From a virus, in the IMG/VR virus record IMGVR_UViG_3300031669_000001, positions 1 through 64,000 of that record: DNA of 64,000 nucleotides; one strand, given 5' to 3'. Shown here piece after piece: positions 61,096 through 64,000 of this stretch (positions are counted from its first letter, which is position 1; every line of letters starts with the position of its first letter). A program made the translations under genes and the position numbers. The notes under the pieces were generated by a model. It saw only the letters and a program-made list of their open reading frames with translations. It was not told the DNA's origin and searched no databases.

Positions 61096-61125
61096 ATGAA
61101 AAAAGACAGCCGAAGCTGTCTTTTT
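61096..61125 (-). terminator. rho-independent terminator
   Basis: AAGACAGC-cgaa-GCTGTCTT then TTTTTT on the minus strand. Confidence 0.75.
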
Positions 61126-61153
61126 CGTTTTGTTACTCGGTCTAAGTTGAAAC

Positions 61154-61651
61154 TTAGATTGTTGCGCCTGTAGGACCAGTAGGAGCGTAAGGTAATGTTG
61201 GACCTGTAACTCCATTTACAACGTGCTGGAAATAACCGCCACCACCAACTGCGTAAGGACCCTGTGGAGTAGCGTTGGTATCAGCAATTACGAGATTGAT
61301 AGCTGTAACAGCATCTGCAACAAGCGTTGCAAAAGTTGTAGTCATTGCTGGAATTACTGCTTGTCCATATTCCAGGAAAACATCATAAGCGATGAATTCT
61401 TGATCTAAACTATATTGTGGTTCAACTTTAACACTACAAACGATAGCTAAATCGCCAGCTGCGGAATTTCCTGGACCGCCTCCTGTATTGATGTTAATTG
61501 GAGCAAGATATCCACTAGAAGAAAGTGGAATATCTGCTGAAGTGTTGAAAGCTGGGCTATATGTGAACTTTTCTGTCTTGATAGAATCAAGTTCAAGAGT
61601 GTTCGCTGCATCTGTGACCATGCGAATTGTTACTTTTTGACCTGTTGCCAT
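61154..61651 (-). CDS. late Ala/Gly/Thr-rich protein (probable virion/surface protein)
   Basis: 165 aa with its own late-type promoter, a GAGGAG SD and a terminator. Confidence 0.65.
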   Translation of the reverse strand: MATGQKVTIRMVTDAANTLELDSIKTEKFTYSPAFNTSADIPLSSSGYLAPININTGGGPGNSAAGDLAIVCSVKVEPQYSLDQEFIAYDVFLEYGQAVIPAMTTTFATLVADAVTAINLVIADTNATPQGPYAVGGGGYFQHVVNGVTGPTLPYAPTGPTGATI

Positions 61652-61688
61652 TTTAATGCTCCTCTAGAGAATAAATGTTAGTTGTTTT

Positions 61689-61704
61689 AGCGTTCCGGAA
61701 CGCT
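61689..61704 (-). terminator. palindromic hairpin (possible terminator/processing site)
   Basis: AGCGTTCCGGAACGCT lying between two late genes, with no clear T-tract. Confidence 0.35.
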
Positions 61705-61722
61705 TGTATTGTTATACGGAAG

Positions 61723-61730
61723 TATTTATG
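61723..61730 (-). promoter_or_regulatory. T4-type late promoter candidate
   Basis: CATAAATA followed by an ATAACAAT box. Confidence 0.45.
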
Positions 61731-61757
61731 TCTATGCTTAAAAAGTCAATGATTTTT

Positions 61758-62321
61758 TTACGCCATTGCTAAGCCAAACGCTGAATTTGCAGCTGCCAAC
61801 GCCAGACCTCTAAAATATTCTACGGTTTGAGTCGTATCTGGTCCGGCGCCTGTAAGATATAAGATTTCCACGATGAAATCCTGCGATGGAAATGGTGAGC
61901 CTGGAGTCTCTGGAGCACCGGTCATTGAAGCTGGACTGTAAAGCGCGACATAGTTGAACCCTGTCTGTCCAGCAGCCGGAAGTGGCTGAGCCATACGAGT
62001 GATTCCTGCTACGGTAGCAGTTCCTGTACCCGAGCCTACAACGTGAGGATACATTCCATAAGGAGGATAATCACCAGGGGGGTTAGCTCTTGCTACGAAT
62101 GTAACACCGACTGTATTAGAAGCTGCACCGATCAAAGTAAAGTCTGTAGTGCCGACAGTCGCTATAGTGTACGCAACGCCTACTACAAATTGGCCCGCAA
62201 CAACAGGGGCATCATCGTAGCTCCATTGCTTGTCTGCTGACATGTTATCCAGCGTAAAAGTTACAAAGCGCGGATCAGCGTGTCCGTAGATAGTTAAAAT
62301 TTTTCCTACTTGGGTTGTCAT
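61758..62321 (-). CDS. late Ala/Gly/Thr/Pro-rich protein (probable virion/surface protein)
   Basis: 187 aa with GATAAATA 29 nt upstream and a GAGGG SD. Confidence 0.65.
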   Translation of the reverse strand: MTTQVGKILTIYGHADPRFVTFTLDNMSADKQWSYDDAPVVAGQFVVGVAYTIATVGTTDFTLIGAASNTVGVTFVARANPPGDYPPYGMYPHVVGSGTGTATVAGITRMAQPLPAAGQTGFNYVALYSPASMTGAPETPGSPFPSQDFIVEILYLTGAGPDTTQTVEYFRGLALAAANSAFGLAMA

Positions 62322-62349
62322 GGTTAGACCCTCATTAATGTTCTAGTTG

Positions 62350-62357
62350 TATTTATC
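62350..62357 (-). promoter_or_regulatory. T4-type late promoter candidate
   Basis: GATAAATA. Confidence 0.4.
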
Positions 62358-62973
62358 TTGAGTTCAAGAACGATTGATAATTATAGTCGAAGTATAGTAA
62401 ATCATTTCGAAATGCGCGTTCTACAACTTTGATTGTGTCTTCACTGTATAACTTTGACCTATCTTTCAATTCATTCTTTTTAAGATTGATATTATCATGA
62501 CTTAAGTCATTCTTCAGATTATATTTTTTGCAAAATTTATCATAATCTTCAGATAGATTTTCAAATTTTAATATGTCTGTAGCTATGACTTTATCATTAT
62601 TTTCGACAAAATCATAACAAGGATTAAATTGGATTCTTTTACCTGCAAATTTTAATTCATAAGAAAGCACAAACTGTTCAAATGTCATATCAGGATTGAT
62701 ATCCGTTCTACCCAATTTTTCATATTTTAATTGTTCTTGAGTTTGATTAGTTTTAGGTCTAAATTGATAAAATTCAAAAATTGAATAGAGTCTATCAAAA
62801 GGATTCCTAACAATTGACATTATTGGTAAATGTGAATCTTCTTCTATTAAGACATTTTTAATAAATCCATGAGTTAAATAGCATTTACGTAAAAATCGCG
62901 CATTTTGTTTATCTAAACTGTTACTAATAGATACACCTGCCGTTTTGGGTATATGAATAAAAATTATTTGCAA
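62353..62973 (-). CDS. sulfotransferase (Sulfotransfer_2-like)
   Basis: [15 protein letters not shown] resembles the PAPS 5'-phosphosulfate-binding loop. Very AT-rich. TTG start overlaps the upstream gene by 10 nt. Confidence 0.55.
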   Translation of the reverse strand: MQIIFIHIPKTAGVSISNSLDKQNARFLRKCYLTHGFIKNVLIEEDSHLPIMSIVRNPFDRLYSIFEFYQFRPKTNQTQEQLKYEKLGRTDINPDMTFEQFVLSYELKFAGKRIQFNPCYDFVENNDKVIATDILKFENLSEDYDKFCKKYNLKNDLSHDNINLKKNELKDRSKLYSEDTIKVVERAFRNDLLYFDYNYQSFLNSR

Positions 62974-63509
62974 TTTAAAACCTCATCTATTTTTTCTGAA
63001 CATAATAAAGAAGCATTAGTTTTAATTTTATCAATATCCCAATCCCACCAGCGCAATTCAAGTAATTTTTCTATCTCAATTTCTTTGAAACGATAACGAA
63101 TAATTTTTGAAGGATTACCAATAACAATTGCATAAGGTGGTATATCTTTAGCAATTACGGCTCCTGCTCCAATTACAGCTCCATGTCCTATCGTGACACC
63201 AGAAAGTATCATTGCATTAGATCCTATCCATACATCGTTCCCAATTATAGTTGGGCCTTTAGCGAAAGCTTCACCTAAATTAGAAATCCCAAAAGCTAGT
63301 CCCAACGGGAATGATGTTATATAATTAGTTCGATGTTCTCCTCCACCAAAAATTTGAATGCCATCAGCCATCGAACAAAAAGAACCTATTTTAATTTTAT
63401 CTGTATCAAGCCATAATTTTAGACTTGGTGATGACCCGTATGTAAATCTTCCAATTTCGATTCTAGGATCATCAGAAATTAAATAATCCATTACCATTAC
63501 CATTCCCAA
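62964..63509 (-). CDS. XAT-class hexapeptide-repeat acetyltransferase (CatB/Vat-like)
   Basis: [53 protein letters not shown] plus the C-terminal LLELRWWDW hallmark. The start is ambiguous (TTG 63509 or ATG 63503, 63497 or 63491). Confidence 0.8.
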   Translation of the reverse strand: MGMVMVMDYLISDDPRIEIGRFTYGSSPSLKLWLDTDKIKIGSFCSMADGIQIFGGGEHRTNYITSFPLGLAFGISNLGEAFAKGPTIIGNDVWIGSNAMILSGVTIGHGAVIGAGAVIAKDIPPYAIVIGNPSKIIRYRFKEIEIEKLLELRWWDWDIDKIKTNASLLCSEKIDEVLNCK

Positions 63510-64000
63510 AAATGACGTTTTAATGGTGTTCCAAGATCAAATTTATGAATGTTTGGATTGTCAGTGTGCTTTAAACCTGGAATATTCTTTACATTAAAAT
63601 GTTTGATATTTGTACGATCAACGTGCCAACCCTTTTTAGTTTCTTTAGTAGAATAGACTCTTTTTAGATATTTTTGTTTAGCATGCTGTTCACTAAGAAT
63701 AATGTAATGTCTTAAAAAGAATATATTTGGTGAAATCTTCAAATTGTGAGCATACGAATCCCATCCCAACATGTAATCTCCATTAGGATTAGTTGTTGTT
63801 CTTTTCCAAGCACGGTGGAGGCGAAACTTATTGTAAAAATAATAAGTTGACATTAGTTCAGCATAATTTTCAACGTAAAAGTCCTCTCCTGTTAGTGGTA
63901 CAAATACAATTTCATAGAAATTGATGCAGTTAAAGCCTGCTGCATCAGCTTCTACTATCCCCTCATATAACGTCTGTCCTTCTACAGAGGAACATAACCA
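63497..64000 (-). CDS. possible glycosyltransferase (C-terminal part; gene runs off the window end)
   Basis: The frame stays open from 64000 through the track's Met at 63853, so the real ORF is longer than listed. AT-rich. The GT call comes from context and a weak ...[16 protein letters not shown] pattern. Confidence 0.3.
   Translation of the reverse strand, partial: WLCSSVEGQTLYEGIVEADAAGFNCINFYEIVFVPLTGEDFYVENYAELMSTYYFYNKFRLHRAWKRTTTNPNGDYMLGWDSYAHNLKISPNIFFLRHYIILSEQHAKQKYLKRVYSTKETKKGWHVDRTNIKHFNVKNIPGLKHTDNPNIHKFDLGTPLKRHFWEW

Noticed and set aside
1-64000. tRNA, rRNA, CRISPR arrays, integrase or att sites.
   Set aside because: No intergenic gap is long enough or has a tRNA-like T-arm (GGTTCGAATCC-type) sequence. 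There are no spaced direct repeats apart from the promoter motif. No recombinase motifs were seen.

Overview
This window is a densely packed segment of a large virulent dsDNA phage genome, transcribed almost entirely on the minus strand. I count about 135 ORFs, only 4 of them on the + strand. I found no tRNA, rRNA, CRISPR array or integrase. T4-like hallmarks: a gp44/gp62-type clamp loader, a GroES-like co-chaperonin, RNA and DNA ligases, dCMP deaminase, a nucleoside 2-deoxyribosyltransferase-like protein, Seg-like GIY-YIG and HNH homing endonucleases, and TATAAATA-type late promoters. Transcription is organised by an 18-copy conserved early promoter (AAAGTGT[G/T]TACTTTT, 16-17 nt spacer, TGnTATAAT, then a conserved TTACTCCATC leader) and several rho-independent terminators. 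Many genes are coupled by ATGA, TAATG or GTGA overlaps, including about 20 micro-ORFs below the 60-aa cutoff of the ORF track. The items most worth a second look: (1) two tandem 46-47 aa prepilin-like 'pilin stubs'. (2) A J-domain pseudokinase / vWA transcription unit. (3) A divergent PurA-like enzyme with a non-canonical aspartate loop and guanine motif, coupled to a metallophosphoesterase and a polytopic membrane protein. (4) A minimal DnaE-like polymerase split into two genes 18 kb apart, with the 3' piece needing a +1 shift. (5) An AT-rich sulfotransferase / XAT acetyltransferase / glycosyltransferase island next to three late, individually terminated Ala/Gly/Thr-rich proteins. (6) A MoxR / Cys-rich / metallopeptidase-vWA module. 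(7) An AdoMetDC-like / CYTH / C39 / deoxyribosyltransferase cluster. All functional calls rest on by-eye motif recognition, and no database search was possible.
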